In this document: piece after piece, positions 20,705-31,742 of the stretch
Layout: each line of letters starts with the position of its first letter
How positions within the stretch are numbered: position 1 is the first letter of the stretch
Assembly: GCF_009659535.1 (NCBI RefSeq)
Contig: NZ_VJZZ01000008.1
Span: 1 to 64,000, forward strand
Reading direction: 5' to 3'
DNA length: 64,000 nucleotides
Source of the DNA: Aggregicoccus sp. 17bor-14
GTDB taxonomy: Bacteria; Myxococcota; Myxococcia; Myxococcales; Myxococcaceae
Notes under the pieces: generated by a model
What the model saw: only the letters and a program-made list of their open reading frames with translations
Told to the model about the DNA's origin: nothing
Database searches by the model: none
Program-made: the position numbers and the translations under genes

Positions 20705-22294
20705 CTACGAGCGGCGCAGGCGGCGGGTGAAGCGGCCGAGCATCGCCCGGGACTCGGGAATACCCAGCGCCGCGGTGAGCGCGAAGTACGCGGCGCCGAA
20801 GGTCCCCAGCACGAGCACGGCCGTGATCAGCGGGTGCAGGTGGGGGGGAGCGAGCAGGCCGCCGTGCCACTCGCGAAGCACCGCCGGGTCCAGCCCCCGC
20901 CAGCGCGTGAGCAGCATCTTCAGTCCCAGGCCGAGCAGCCCGGCCCCCACCGCGGCGGCCCAGAGCCGCTGCGAATAGCCCGCCTCGAAGCCGATCCGCC
21001 CGATGCGCCGCGACAGCCCACGGCGCAGAAGCAGGAACTCCACCCAGCCCGCGAGCCCCGTGGTCGCGAGGATGAGGGCCCCGCCCAGCTCCCGTGGCAG
21101 CCCCAGCCACGCCGGCACGTAGAGCCCGAACACCCACGCACTCGCGATCGTGATCGCCACGCGCAACGTCGCTGTGTAGAGCGGCGTCCGGGTGTCCCTG
21201 AGCGCGTAGTACGCCGAGGACTGCAGCCGCCCCAGAGTGGACGCGAGCAGCCCGAAGGCCGAGCCCACCAGCAGGTACCAGACGTAGCGCGTGTCGTGCG
21301 CGTCGAAGCGCCCCGTCTGGAACAGCGCCCCGGCCACCACGTCTCCCACGAAGACGAAGGCCGCCACCGAGGGCACCACCAGGAAGGCGATGCGCCGCAT
21401 GCCCGCGTTGATGCGGGCCTGGAACTTGTGGGCCACCTCACCCTGCTCGCCCGTGGTGCGCGAGAGCTCGGGCAGCTCGGCCGCGGACACCGCCATCCCG
21501 AACAGGCTCACCGGAAGCAGGGAGAGGATCTGCGCGTAGCCCATGCTGGACACGGCGCGCGCCGAGATCTCGGTCGCGATGGCCGTGTCCACGAAGGCGC
21601 TCAGCTGCACCACCCCGCGCCCCACCAGCACCGGGCCGAAGCTGCGCAGCACCTGGCGCACGCTCGCCCGCGCGAGGTCCAGCGAGGGGCGAAAGCGCCC
21701 CAGCAGGCTGAGCACCCGCGGCAGCTGCACGCCGAACTGCAAGAGGCTCCCCACCACGCTCGCCCACGCCACGGCGATGGCGAGCCGCTCCGGTTCCAGC
21801 CGCCCGCCCAGCGCGAGCAGCGCCACGATCATCGCGAGGCTCCACAGCACCCCGGACGCGTACGAGAGGAAGAAGCGGCGGTGGCTGTTGAGGATGCCGA
21901 GGCACCACGCCGCGAGCACCATCATCCCCACCATCGGGAAGAGGATGCGCACCAGGCGGATGGTGAGCGCGCGCACCTCGCCCTCGAAGCCCGGCGCCAC
22001 CACGTCGATGAAGGCGGGCGTGAAGAGCACCCCGAGCGCCACCATCACGCCCATGGCGAGCGCGAGCAGGCCGAACACCGCGCCCGCCACCCGGTCCGCC
22101 TCCTCGCGGTCCTCCTTGGAGAGCAGCTGCGCGTAGACCGGGATGAAGGACGCGGAGAGCACGCCCTCGCCGAACAGGTTCTGCAGGAAGTTGGGGATGC
22201 GGATCGCCGCGCGGAACGCGCCCGCCACCAGGCCGTTGCCCAGGTAGTGCGCGAGCGCGCGCTCGCGCACCAGGCCCATCACGCGCGAGGCCAT
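20705..22294 (-). CDS. murJ: Lipid II flippase MurJ (MviN)
   Basis: MurJ N-terminal signature RVMGLVRERALAHYLG...FRAAIRIPNFLQNLF and multi-pass TM profile; start set to ATG 22294 (an alternative GTG lies at 22312; the ORF extends to 22474 through a Pro/Ser-rich frame that is probably untranslated). Confidence 0.75.
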   Translation of the reverse strand: MASRVMGLVRERALAHYLGNGLVAGAFRAAIRIPNFLQNLFGEGVLSASFIPVYAQLLSKEDREEADRVAGAVFGLLALAMGVMVALGVLFTPAFIDVVAPGFEGEVRALTIRLVRILFPMVGMMVLAAWCLGILNSHRRFFLSYASGVLWSLAMIVALLALGGRLEPERLAIAVAWASVVGSLLQFGVQLPRVLSLLGRFRPSLDLARASVRQVLRSFGPVLVGRGVVQLSAFVDTAIATEISARAVSSMGYAQILSLLPVSLFGMAVSAAELPELSRTTGEQGEVAHKFQARINAGMRRIAFLVVPSVAAFVFVGDVVAGALFQTGRFDAHDTRYVWYLLVGSAFGLLASTLGRLQSSAYYALRDTRTPLYTATLRVAITIASAWVFGLYVPAWLGLPRELGGALILATTGLAGWVEFLLLRRGLSRRIGRIGFEAGYSQRLWAAAVGAGLLGLGLKMLLTRWRGLDPAVLREWHGGLLAPPHLHPLITAVLVLGTFGAAYFALTAALGIPESRAMLGRFTRRLRRS

Positions 22295-22530
22295 GATGCC
22301 CGCGGCCACCAGCAGGGCGCCGCGGCCGGCAGGCGGCGTGGTGCGCGCGGGCGCGGAGGGAGGGGACGAAGCGGTCGAGGGGCGCTGGGGCTCGGAGGGC
22401 GAAGTGCTCACGGGAGCGCGGACTGTACGCACACGAACGCGGCCGCCAGAAGCGCGAAGCTCGCCGCCGGTCATCTGCCGGCTCTTTCCCTTGACGGGCG
22501 AGGCTTCGCGCAGTGAAGGTCAGGAGCGCC

Positions 22531-22983
22531 ATGGCCGCCTCCTCCGACATGCCCGTGCTCGGCGAGCTGCTCCCCGGCGAGCTGCTGGAAGACATCGCGC
22601 GGGTGCGCCGGGTGCTGGCGCGGGAGCTGGAGACCATCAACGAGTACGAGGCCTTCGCCGCGCGCTCGAGCAGCCCCGAGGTGCGCGCCTTCTTCAGCCA
22701 CCTCGCCCAGGAAGAGAAGGAGCACGTGGCCGAGGCCACCGCCATGCTCCGCCGCCTGGACGCCGGCCAGGAAGCGCACTTCGCCCGGGGCCTTGCTCCC
22801 GGCCACTTCGAGGGGGCCCCCTCCCCTGCCGCCCCGGCCCCTGCGCCCGACACCGGCCTGGAGGGCTCGCGCGTGGCGCTGCAGCCGCAGCGCGTGGTGT
22901 ACGGGCTCGCCGCCCCTCCTGCCGCCCGCGCGGCGCCGCTCACCGTGGGCTCGCTCAAGCCGCCGCGCGGCGGCAGCCGCTGA
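22531..22983 (+). CDS. encB: Ferritin-like (EncFtn/EncB-type hemiferritin) encapsulin cargo protein with a C-terminal cargo-loading peptide
   Basis: EYEA and EEKEH di-iron ligand motifs on two helices; Pro/Ala-rich linker; C-terminal LTVGSLKPPRGGSR; AGGAG Shine-Dalgarno 4 nt before the ATG. Confidence 0.7.
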   Translation: MAASSDMPVLGELLPGELLEDIARVRRVLARELETINEYEAFAARSSSPEVRAFFSHLAQEEKEHVAEATAMLRRLDAGQEAHFARGLAPGHFEGAPSPAAPAPAPDTGLEGSRVALQPQRVVYGLAAPPAARAAPLTVGSLKPPRGGSR

Positions 22984-23013
22984 CCCGCCTTTCCCGCCTG
23001 AAGGAGCACGCCG

Positions 23014-23883
23014 ATGCCTGACTTCCTGGGACACGCCGAGAACCCGCTGCGCGAGGAGGAGTGGGCGCGCCTCAACGAGACCGTCATCCAGGTGGCCCGC
23101 CGCTCGCTCGTGGGGCGCCGCATCCTGGACATCTACGGCCCGCTGGGCGCCGGGGTGCAGACGGTGCCTCACGACGAGTACCAGGGCGTCTCCCCGGGCG
23201 CGGTGGACATCGTGGGCGAGCAGGAGACGGCGCCGGTGTTCACGGACGTGCGGCGCTTCAAGACCATCCCGCTCATCTACAAGGACTTCCTGCTGCACTG
23301 GCGCGACATCGAGGCGGCGCGCACGCACAACATGCCGCTGGACGTCTCGGCCGCCGCGGGCGCCGCCGCCTTCTGCGCGCAGCAGGAGGACGAGCTCATC
23401 TTCTACGGCGACCCCAAGCTGGGCCACGAGGGGCTGATGAACGCGGCCGGGCGGCTCACGGCGACGCTCGGGGACTGGAGCCAGCCGGGCAACGCGTACC
23501 TCTCCATCGTGGAGGCCACGCGCCAGCTCAACGAGCACGGCCACTACGGGCCCTACGCCGTCGTCGTCAGCCCCCGCCTCTACTCGCTCATGCACCGCAT
23601 CTACGAGAAGACGGGCGTGCTGGAGATCGAGACCATCCGCCAGCTCGCGGCGGACGGCGTGTACCAGTCCAACCGCCTGCGCGGCGATGCGGGCGTGGTG
23701 GTTTCCACGGGCCGTGAGAACATGGACCTGGCCGTGTCCATGGACATGGTGGCGGCGTACCTCGGTGCCGCCCAGATGAACCACCCCTTCCGCGTGCTCG
23801 AGGCGCTCATCCTGCGCATCAAGCACCCGGACTCCATCTGCACCCTCGAGCCGGCAGCAGCGGCGCCCGCGGCGCTGCGCTAG
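23014..23883 (+). CDS. encA: Family 1 encapsulin nanocompartment shell protein (HK97 fold, linocin M18-like)
   Basis: 289 aa; N-terminus [24 protein letters not shown] and C-terminal region closely match Myxococcus-type EncA (from memory); AAGGAG Shine-Dalgarno 7 nt upstream. Confidence 0.85.
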   Translation: MPDFLGHAENPLREEEWARLNETVIQVARRSLVGRRILDIYGPLGAGVQTVPHDEYQGVSPGAVDIVGEQETAPVFTDVRRFKTIPLIYKDFLLHWRDIEAARTHNMPLDVSAAAGAAAFCAQQEDELIFYGDPKLGHEGLMNAAGRLTATLGDWSQPGNAYLSIVEATRQLNEHGHYGPYAVVVSPRLYSLMHRIYEKTGVLEIETIRQLAADGVYQSNRLRGDAGVVVSTGRENMDLAVSMDMVAAYLGAAQMNHPFRVLEALILRIKHPDSICTLEPAAAAPAALR

Positions 23884-23897
23884 GAGCGGTGACGTAC

Positions 23898-25364
<1,467 letters not shown>

Positions 25365-25394
25365 CTCCGCGAAGGGTAAAGACGGCGAAATATC

Positions 25395-25430
25395 CGGCGC
25401 GCGCCAGAGGTTCGGCCCGCGCCAGTTTTT
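25395..25430 (+). terminator. Weak hairpin followed by a TTTTT tract after the NtrC-like gene
   Basis: GGCGCG...CGCGCC stem followed by AGTTTTTC. Confidence 0.3.
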
Positions 25431-25456
25431 CACCTCTGCCCCCTCGGGAGCTATGC

Positions 25457-26569
25457 ATGCGGCCGTCTCTTCCCACCCTCGGCGCCCCCCCCAAGAAGAG
25501 TCCCATGGGGTCCGTCGTCCTCGTCTCTCTCGTACTCGGAGGGGCGGCCGGTGGAGCCTGGTGGTGGAAGCACAAGGGTCCGGGCGCGCTGCCCGGCATG
25601 GGCCAGCAGGCGAACGCGGGCAGCGGCGCTGCGCCTGACGCGGGCTCGGCCACGGCGGCAGCTGCCCCCACCGTGGCGCCGGTGCCGCACGCACCCCCGG
25701 ACGCGCTCACCCAGGCGGGCATGAAGCGCGCCGTCATCTCCATCGACGGTCCGCTGGAGACTGCGCTCGTCGGCGCCGCCGGCGCCCAGACCGGCCCCGC
25801 GCTCGCCCAGGTGGTGACGCGCACGCTGGTGTGGTGGGTGGAGGTGCCGCGCGATCTGCTGCGCGGCGACAAGCTCGAGGTGCTCTACCAGGAGCGCCCC
25901 AACGAGGAGCCGCTGGTGCACGCGGTGCGCTTCACCAGCCTGAAGAACAACCAGACCTACCGCGCCTACCGCGTGCAGCCCGAGGGTGAGAAGTACGCGC
26001 GCTACTACCAGCCCTCCGGCGAGGAGCTGGAGATGCGCCTCGAGCACAGCCCGGTGGACGACTTCGAGCAGATCACCTCGCTGCTCAAGGACGGCCGCCA
26101 CCACAAGGGCGTGGACTTCAAGACCGCCGTGGGCACCCCGGTGAAGGCGCCCTTCAACGGCGTCATCGTCCGCAAGAACTGGAGCTGGCGCGCCAACGGC
26201 AACTGCCTGGACCTCCAGGAGAGCGGCGGCAAGGGCCGCCACGCCTTCTTCCTGCACCTGGAGGAGCTGCCCAAGACCCTCAAGGTGGGCGACCGCTTCA
26301 CCCAGGGCGCCGTGCTCGCCCGCTCGGGCAACACCGGCCACAGCTTCGCGCCCCACCTGCACTACCAGATGATGAGCGCGGCGGACGCGGTCATCGATCC
26401 CTACGACAACCACCGCACCTACCGCCGCTCGCTCTCGAACCTGCAGCGCGCGACCTTCGACGCCGAGGTGCGCCGCCTGGACGCGCTGCTCTCGCCGAGC
26501 CCGGCTGCGCCCGCGGGCGGCGCCACCGCCGCGGCCGCGCCCACCGCCACGGCGAAGAGCACCCCGTAG
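25457..26569 (+). CDS. Membrane-anchored M23-family (LytM-domain) peptidase
   Basis: N-terminal TM segment; HKGVDF and NTGHSFAPHLHYQ zinc-ligand motifs of M23 peptidases. Confidence 0.65.
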   Translation: MRPSLPTLGAPPKKSPMGSVVLVSLVLGGAAGGAWWWKHKGPGALPGMGQQANAGSGAAPDAGSATAAAAPTVAPVPHAPPDALTQAGMKRAVISIDGPLETALVGAAGAQTGPALAQVVTRTLVWWVEVPRDLLRGDKLEVLYQERPNEEPLVHAVRFTSLKNNQTYRAYRVQPEGEKYARYYQPSGEELEMRLEHSPVDDFEQITSLLKDGRHHKGVDFKTAVGTPVKAPFNGVIVRKNWSWRANGNCLDLQESGGKGRHAFFLHLEELPKTLKVGDRFTQGAVLARSGNTGHSFAPHLHYQMMSAADAVIDPYDNHRTYRRSLSNLQRATFDAEVRRLDALLSPSPAAPAGGATAAAAPTATAKSTP

Positions 26570-26693
26570 CCCAGGGCGGCACCCGCCGCCCCACCCCGGA
26601 GGCTGTCCGCGCGTGTGCGCGGGCAGCCTCTTCTTGTATCCGCCGCAGCCCCTGGCTAGCGTCCCTCGCCCACGTCTGGGCAGTGGAGGTCGG

Positions 26694-27953
26694 ATGCAAG
26701 GGGTTCGCGTCGTTCTCGCCGCGCTCGTGCTGGGCGCGCCGCTCACCGCAGGGGCCGCGGAGGTCACCCGGCTCGCGTCCTCCTTCGAGGAAAACGATCC
26801 ATTCGGGCTGTTCGTGGACCTGGGCTTCGAGCGCACGCAGCGCAACGCGAGCATCACCCACGAGACCCAGGCGGGCGGCGCCCCCGCGGACCGCGCCGAG
26901 CTGAACTTCCGCGGCGTGGACTCGCGGCTGAACATCGACGTGAAGGTGGGGCTGTACCGCGACCTGCAGCTGTCCTTCCGCCTGCCGGTGATCATCCAGC
27001 AGAACCAGCGCTGGGACTACGCCGCGGGCAACACGGCGGCCACCTCCACCATCACGAACAACTGCCTCAACGCGGACGGCACGTCGGCGGCGCCCGGCTG
27101 CCAGCCCCTGTACGGCGTGCCCGCGGAGAGCTTCCGCGGCGGCCTGGGCAACATGACCTTCGGGCTCGCCTACGCGTTCTTCAACCAGGACCGCGACGAG
27201 ACCAAGCCCACCTGGGTGGTGGCCTTCGACTACGAGGCCCCCACCGCCGCGCTGCTCAACCCCACCGAGGACACCTCGGACGCGGACTCGCGCGGCGGGG
27301 TGGGCGACCGCACCCACAAGTACACCTTCTCCACCGCGCTCTCGCGCCGCATCGGCGTGGCCGAGCCCTACTTCCGCGCGAGCTACACCCTGCCCTACCG
27401 CGGGCCGGGCTGGTACTCGAACTGCGACGATCCGGACCCGAGCCGCATGGCGCACCCGGAGAACTGCAACACCGCCGCATGGACCCGCGAGGACACCGGC
27501 ATCCGCATGCCCCACGAGGCCGGCGTGCTCTTCGGCTCGGAGTTCGCCGTGTGGGACAACCCGGCGAAGCAGCAGAAGGTGCGCCTGGATGCGCGGCTCA
27601 TCGGCAACTACGTGTCCTCGGGCCGCTACGCGAACGAGCTGAGCCAGCTCGCGCACAAGCTGCTGGACACCCAGGACTACCTGCAGCTGGGCGGCCGGGT
27701 GGGCTTCTACGCGAGCGCCACCGACTTCTTCCAGCTGCGGCTCGGCACCGGGCTCGTCTACAACACCGCGCACGATCTCACCCGCGCCGAGCTGGGCAAG
27801 GACGTGAACGGCGACGGCAAGGTGGACAGCTCGGCGGGCAGCGACGAGCTCAACCCCGACTTCGACTTCCGCGCGGACCTGCCGGGCCGCCGCTTCCGCA
27901 TCAACGCGGAGTACGACTTCTCGGTGGACCTGACGCTGGCCTTCAACTTCTAG
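26694..27953 (+). CDS. Outer-membrane beta-barrel protein, function unknown
   Basis: Signal peptide MQGVRVVLAALVLGAPLTAGAA; alternating amphipathic strands; C-terminal LAFNF aromatic terminus typical of OMPs. Confidence 0.45.
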   Translation: MQGVRVVLAALVLGAPLTAGAAEVTRLASSFEENDPFGLFVDLGFERTQRNASITHETQAGGAPADRAELNFRGVDSRLNIDVKVGLYRDLQLSFRLPVIIQQNQRWDYAAGNTAATSTITNNCLNADGTSAAPGCQPLYGVPAESFRGGLGNMTFGLAYAFFNQDRDETKPTWVVAFDYEAPTAALLNPTEDTSDADSRGGVGDRTHKYTFSTALSRRIGVAEPYFRASYTLPYRGPGWYSNCDDPDPSRMAHPENCNTAAWTREDTGIRMPHEAGVLFGSEFAVWDNPAKQQKVRLDARLIGNYVSSGRYANELSQLAHKLLDTQDYLQLGGRVGFYASATDFFQLRLGTGLVYNTAHDLTRAELGKDVNGDGKVDSSAGSDELNPDFDFRADLPGRRFRINAEYDFSVDLTLAFNF

Positions 27954-28780
27954 CGCTTGAGCCCCAGGCCCAGCCGGTACACCTCCTGGCCGGGCCAGCC
28001 CGCGCGCTTCGCGAGCTCGGTGGACAGGGCCTTGAGCTTCTCGCCGCGCCCGAGCCCCGCCTCGAGCGCGCGCAGCAGCTCCTCCTCGCTCCAGCGCGTG
28101 GAGCCGGTGCGCCCCTCCACCACCAGCACCACCTCGCCGCGCGGCTCCTCCGCCGCGTAGCGCTGGGCGAGCTCCCCGAGGGTGCCGCGCGCGAACTCCT
28201 CGTGCAGCTTGGTCAGCTCGCGCGCCACGCAGGCGCGGCGCTCCGGGCCCCACACCTCCTTCAGGTCCTCCAGGGTCTCGCCGAGCCGCCGCGGGCTCTC
28301 GTAGAGCACGAGCGAGGCAGAGAGCGGCGCCACCTCCTCGAGCATGGCGCGCCGCTCGGGCCCCTTTCGCGGCAGGAAGCCCAGGAAGTGGAAGCGCCCG
28401 GTGGGCAGCCCCGAGGCGCTGAGCGCGGCCACCAGCGCGGTGGGCCCGGGCACGGGCACCACCGTGAGCCCGCGCTCGAGCGCCTCGGCCACGAGCTTCT
28501 CGCCGGGGTCACTGATGCCGGGGCTCCCGGCGTCCGTCACGAGCGCGCAGTCCTCGCCCGCCTCCACCCGCTCGAGGATGCGGCCTGCGCGCTGGCCCTC
28601 CGCGAAGGCGGGCAGGCTCACCGTGTCCTTCTGCAGCCCGAAGTGCTCGAGCAGCACGCGCGAGTGGCGCGTGTCCTCGCAGGCCACGAAGCCCACCTGG
28701 CGCAGCGTCTCCAGCGCCCGGCTGCTCAGGTCCCCGAGGTTCCCGATGGGCGTCGCCACCAGGTAGAGCTTGCCTGCCAT
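27950..28780 (-). CDS. rsmI: 16S rRNA (cytidine1402-2'-O)-methyltransferase
   Basis: LYLVATPIGNLGDLS N-terminus, tetrapyrrole-methylase fold motifs. Confidence 0.8.
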   Translation of the reverse strand: MAGKLYLVATPIGNLGDLSSRALETLRQVGFVACEDTRHSRVLLEHFGLQKDTVSLPAFAEGQRAGRILERVEAGEDCALVTDAGSPGISDPGEKLVAEALERGLTVVPVPGPTALVAALSASGLPTGRFHFLGFLPRKGPERRAMLEEVAPLSASLVLYESPRRLGETLEDLKEVWGPERRACVARELTKLHEEFARGTLGELAQRYAAEEPRGEVVLVVEGRTGSTRWSEEELLRALEAGLGRGEKLKALSTELAKRAGWPGQEVYRLGLGLKR

Positions 28781-28803
28781 GCCTTGCGTCTCCCCTGCTC
28801 GAG

Positions 28804-29190
28804 TCACATGCCTGCGTCGAAGGCGGCGGGCAGGTGCTCCACCCGCGCGCGCTCTCCGCGCCCCAACACCGTCACCACGTCGAAGCGGACCATGCGCCCC
28901 TGCAGCCCCGAGCGGAAGAGGAAGTGCAGCGCGGCCTTCACCACGCGGCGCTGCTTCGCGAAGGACACGGTGTGCGAGGGGTCTCCCCACACGGCGCTCG
29001 AGCGCATCCGCACCTCCACGAACGCGAGCACCTCGCCCTTCTCCGCCACCACGTCCAGCTCCCCGTAGCGGCAGGTGAAGTTGCGCGCGACGATGCGGTA
29101 GCCCTCCCGCAGCAGCAGCGCGACCGCCGCCTCCTCGCCCGCCTCGCCCCGGTCCCACCGCCCGCCGTCCCGCCGCGCTCCCAGCCCCAT
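28804..29190 (-). CDS. yraN: YraN-family (UPF0102) putative endonuclease
   Basis: YRIVARNF...GELDVVA...FVEVR motif order matches the YraN family; start trimmed to ATG 29190. Confidence 0.65.
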   Translation of the reverse strand: MGLGARRDGGRWDRGEAGEEAAVALLLREGYRIVARNFTCRYGELDVVAEKGEVLAFVEVRMRSSAVWGDPSHTVSFAKQRRVVKAALHFLFRSGLQGRMVRFDVVTVLGRGERARVEHLPAAFDAGM

Positions 29191-29249
29191 CTCCCACCCC
29201 CGCCCGTGCACCTCGCGGCCCGCGCCCCGTGCGCGCGCCGCTCCGGGCG

Positions 29250-31145
29250 CTAGACGCTAGCGGAGGCGTCTGCCATCTGGGCGAAGCCCGGGTGCGCGGT
29301 GGCGTGCACCACCTGGGTGAGCGTGCCCAGGTGCTTGAGCATGCGGGCCACCAGCGGCAGCTTCACCTCGTCCAGCAGCCCCTGGAACACGTCCTCCACC
29401 AGGAAGGGCACCTTCACCCGGGCGCTCGCGCGCTCCACCACCGTGAGGCGCAGCGCGATGGCGTAGAGGTCCAGGTCGCGCGGGGGCAGCTCGCCCGCGC
29501 CCACCTTGCGGCCGCCCGCGGCCACCAGCACCTGGGCGCGGCCCGCCGCATCCCACTCCACCTGCGGGTAGCGGCGGTCCGTGAGGGCGGTGAAGTACTG
29601 CAGGCAGCGATCGCGCAGCAGCTGCGCCGCCGCCCGCGCGTCCACGCCCAGCAGGTCCGCGGCGAGCGCGAGCAGCGCGGGCGTGGGGTCCTCGAGCGCG
29701 TCCGAGCCGGGTGCGCCCGGCCCTGCCGCGCCCGCGGCCGGCTGCAGCGCGAGCGCGATGGACTCGCGCGTGCGGGCGAGCTCGCGCTCCACCTCGCGCG
29801 CGTCGCGGGTGTAGGCGCCCTGCTGCTCGATGCGGGCGTTGAGCTCGGCGAGCTGCACGCGCAGCTCCTCCTTGCGCGCACGCGCCTGCGCGAGCTCCTG
29901 CGAGCGCTCCTCCCGCATGAACTCGGCCTCGAGCTGCAGGGCGCGCTGGCGCACCTCCTCGCGCCGCGCGAGCGCCGGCACCACGTCCTTGGGCTCGTCC
30001 ACGTCGAGCGCCCGCACGGCGTTGAGCACCGCGGAGACCTCGGCCTCGAAGTCCTCGAGGATCTTCTTCTCGCGCGCGGCGCTGCGCCCGCCGCGCCCCG
30101 TCTCGCGCGCGTGGTACTGCAGCTCCTCCACGTAGCGCAGCGCCAGCACCGCCGCGACGCCGAAGAGCGGCACGTCCAGCAGCGCCACGTACTTGCCGGG
30201 GCCCTGCAGCAGGAAGCCCAGCAGCAGCGCCGCGGCGCCCGCGGCCGTCCAGCCCCAGAAAGCCTGGTCCTTCCAGAGCGGCGGCACCTTGCTGCCCACC
30301 GCCGAGGGGTCCAGCTCGTCGCGCTCGGCGCGCACCTTGGCGAGCGCCTCGTCCCGCCGGCTCTTCGCCGAGGGATAGCGCGTGGCGCGCGCCACGATGT
30401 CCTGGGGCAGGCCCAGCGCCTCGGGACCCGGCGTGGCCTGGGCCTCGGCGCGCGCCGCCTCGGCGCGGGCCCGCAGGGCCTCGTGCGCCTCGAAGCGCCG
30501 GTCCAGCTCGAAGAGCTGCGAGGTCATCCCGTCCGCCTCGAACTGCATCGCCTCCACCTCGCGCGCGAGCGTGAGCTCCTGCTCGAGCACGCCCGCGCGC
30601 GCCTGGGCCGCGGGGACGTCGCGGGCCGGCGTCACCGGCGTCCCGAGGCCCCCGGGCGCCACGGCCGGAAGCCCCGAGGCGCTCGCGCGCGGCGGCGGCT
30701 CGGGCGCGGCGCGGGGCTTGCGCGAGGGCAGCTGCCCGGGGCGCAGGCAGTACACCTGCTCGAAGACGCCGCGCGTGGGGGCGCCCGCCTGCGCGCGCAG
30801 CACCTGCACCATCTCGGCCGCGTCCTGGGAGACGAGCTCGGGCTTCTGCGTCTCCGGGTTGAGCCGGTGCAGGCCGCCCGCACCGCCCAGCTCGCGCAGC
30901 ACGCGGTAGGTGACGCCGTCGTTGCCCTGCAGGCTCAGCGCGGCCTTGCCCGTGCGCTGTCCCGGGGCCACCAGCGCGGCGTCGCCGCCGCGCCCGTCCG
31001 GGTAGAGCAGCGCCATGGCCAGCTGCGCGATGGGCGCCGTCTCGGCGGAGGGGCCGCGCAGCACGACGTAGCCCAGCTTGAGCGGATGGCGGCCCGCCGG
31101 GGTGAAGCCGCGCACGTTCTGGACCGCGAGCTCGAGGAGGTGCAT
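29250..31145 (-). CDS. SMC/RecN-like coiled-coil protein with degenerate ATPase motifs and an internal transmembrane hairpin
   Basis: N-terminus MHLLELAVQNVRGF resembles an SMC head but Walker A is degenerate (LRGPSAETAP); long coiled coils; two hydrophobic helices (GWTAAGAAALLLGFLL, LLDVPLFGVAAVLAL); C-terminal PFLVEDVFQGL resembles a decayed Walker B/D-loop. Confidence 0.5.
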   Translation of the reverse strand: MHLLELAVQNVRGFTPAGRHPLKLGYVVLRGPSAETAPIAQLAMALLYPDGRGGDAALVAPGQRTGKAALSLQGNDGVTYRVLRELGGAGGLHRLNPETQKPELVSQDAAEMVQVLRAQAGAPTRGVFEQVYCLRPGQLPSRKPRAAPEPPPRASASGLPAVAPGGLGTPVTPARDVPAAQARAGVLEQELTLAREVEAMQFEADGMTSQLFELDRRFEAHEALRARAEAARAEAQATPGPEALGLPQDIVARATRYPSAKSRRDEALAKVRAERDELDPSAVGSKVPPLWKDQAFWGWTAAGAAALLLGFLLQGPGKYVALLDVPLFGVAAVLALRYVEELQYHARETGRGGRSAAREKKILEDFEAEVSAVLNAVRALDVDEPKDVVPALARREEVRQRALQLEAEFMREERSQELAQARARKEELRVQLAELNARIEQQGAYTRDAREVERELARTRESIALALQPAAGAAGPGAPGSDALEDPTPALLALAADLLGVDARAAAQLLRDRCLQYFTALTDRRYPQVEWDAAGRAQVLVAAGGRKVGAGELPPRDLDLYAIALRLTVVERASARVKVPFLVEDVFQGLLDEVKLPLVARMLKHLGTLTQVVHATAHPGFAQMADASASV

Positions 31146-31166
31146 GCCCCCGGCATCCTAGCGTCC

Positions 31167-31207
31167 AGAAACGAAAAAGGAGCGTCCGCGCGCAGGGCGG
31201 ACCCTCC
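31167..31207 (-). terminator. Rho-independent terminator downstream of rplS
   Basis: Minus-strand hairpin GGAGGGTCCGC...GCGGACGCTCC followed by TTTTTCGTTTCT. Confidence 0.45.
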
Positions 31208-31260
31208 TCTTGCGGGGGGCGCGCTCCGGAGACCGGAGCGCACCTTCCGGGGACGAGGCC

Positions 31261-31617
31261 TTAGGCCTTGTCCTCCTGGGTGTTCACGCGGCTCGCCTTG
31301 CCCTTGAGGTCGCGGAGGTAGAAGAGGCGGTTGCGGTTCACGTCGCCGCGGCTCAGCACCTCGATCTTCTCGTAGCGCGGGCTGTGCGTCGGGAAGATGC
31401 GCTCCACGCCGATGCCGTAGGAGACCTTGCGCACGGTGAAGGTGGCGCGGTTCTGGCCCTCCTTCTTGCGGATGACGATGCCCTCGAACGGCTGCACGCG
31501 CTCCTTCTCGCCCTCCTTGACCTTCCAGTGGACGCGAACGGTGTCGCCGGTGCGGAACTGGGTCACGTCCGTCCGCTGGTTCTTCGACTCGATGAAAGCG
31601 ATGGCGCTGGGGCGCAT
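31261..31617 (-). CDS. rplS: 50S ribosomal protein L19
   Basis: Strong similarity to L19 ([13 protein letters not shown]...FTVRK); GGAG Shine-Dalgarno 8 nt before ATG 31617. Confidence 0.9.
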   Translation of the reverse strand: MRPSAIAFIESKNQRTDVTQFRTGDTVRVHWKVKEGEKERVQPFEGIVIRKKEGQNRATFTVRKVSYGIGVERIFPTHSPRYEKIEVLSRGDVNRNRLFYLRDLKGKASRVNTQEDKA

Positions 31618-31742
31618 GAATGTCACTCCGGTTATGCAGGTACGAAAGCTAAGAGGCGGGGGGTACTAGCAGAGACCCGCGGGGTGGACAAGTGTGCAGA
31701 ATGCCTCGGCACTCCCTTGGCACTTGAGAGGCAACGCCTGGG

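Noticed and set aside
18530-22516. 1328-aa plus-strand ORF antisense to the S1-domain gene and murJ
   Set aside because: Arg/Gly/Ala-rich nonsense translation typical of antisense frames in 70% GC DNA. The true genes are on the minus strand.
22295-22530. Sigma54 (-24 GG / -12 GC) promoter upstream of encB, to match the adjacent NtrC-like activator
   Set aside because: No TGGCAC-N5-TTGC-like element could be found by eye. The best candidate (GGCTCTTTCCCTTGA) has the wrong -12 dinucleotide. This needs a PWM scan.
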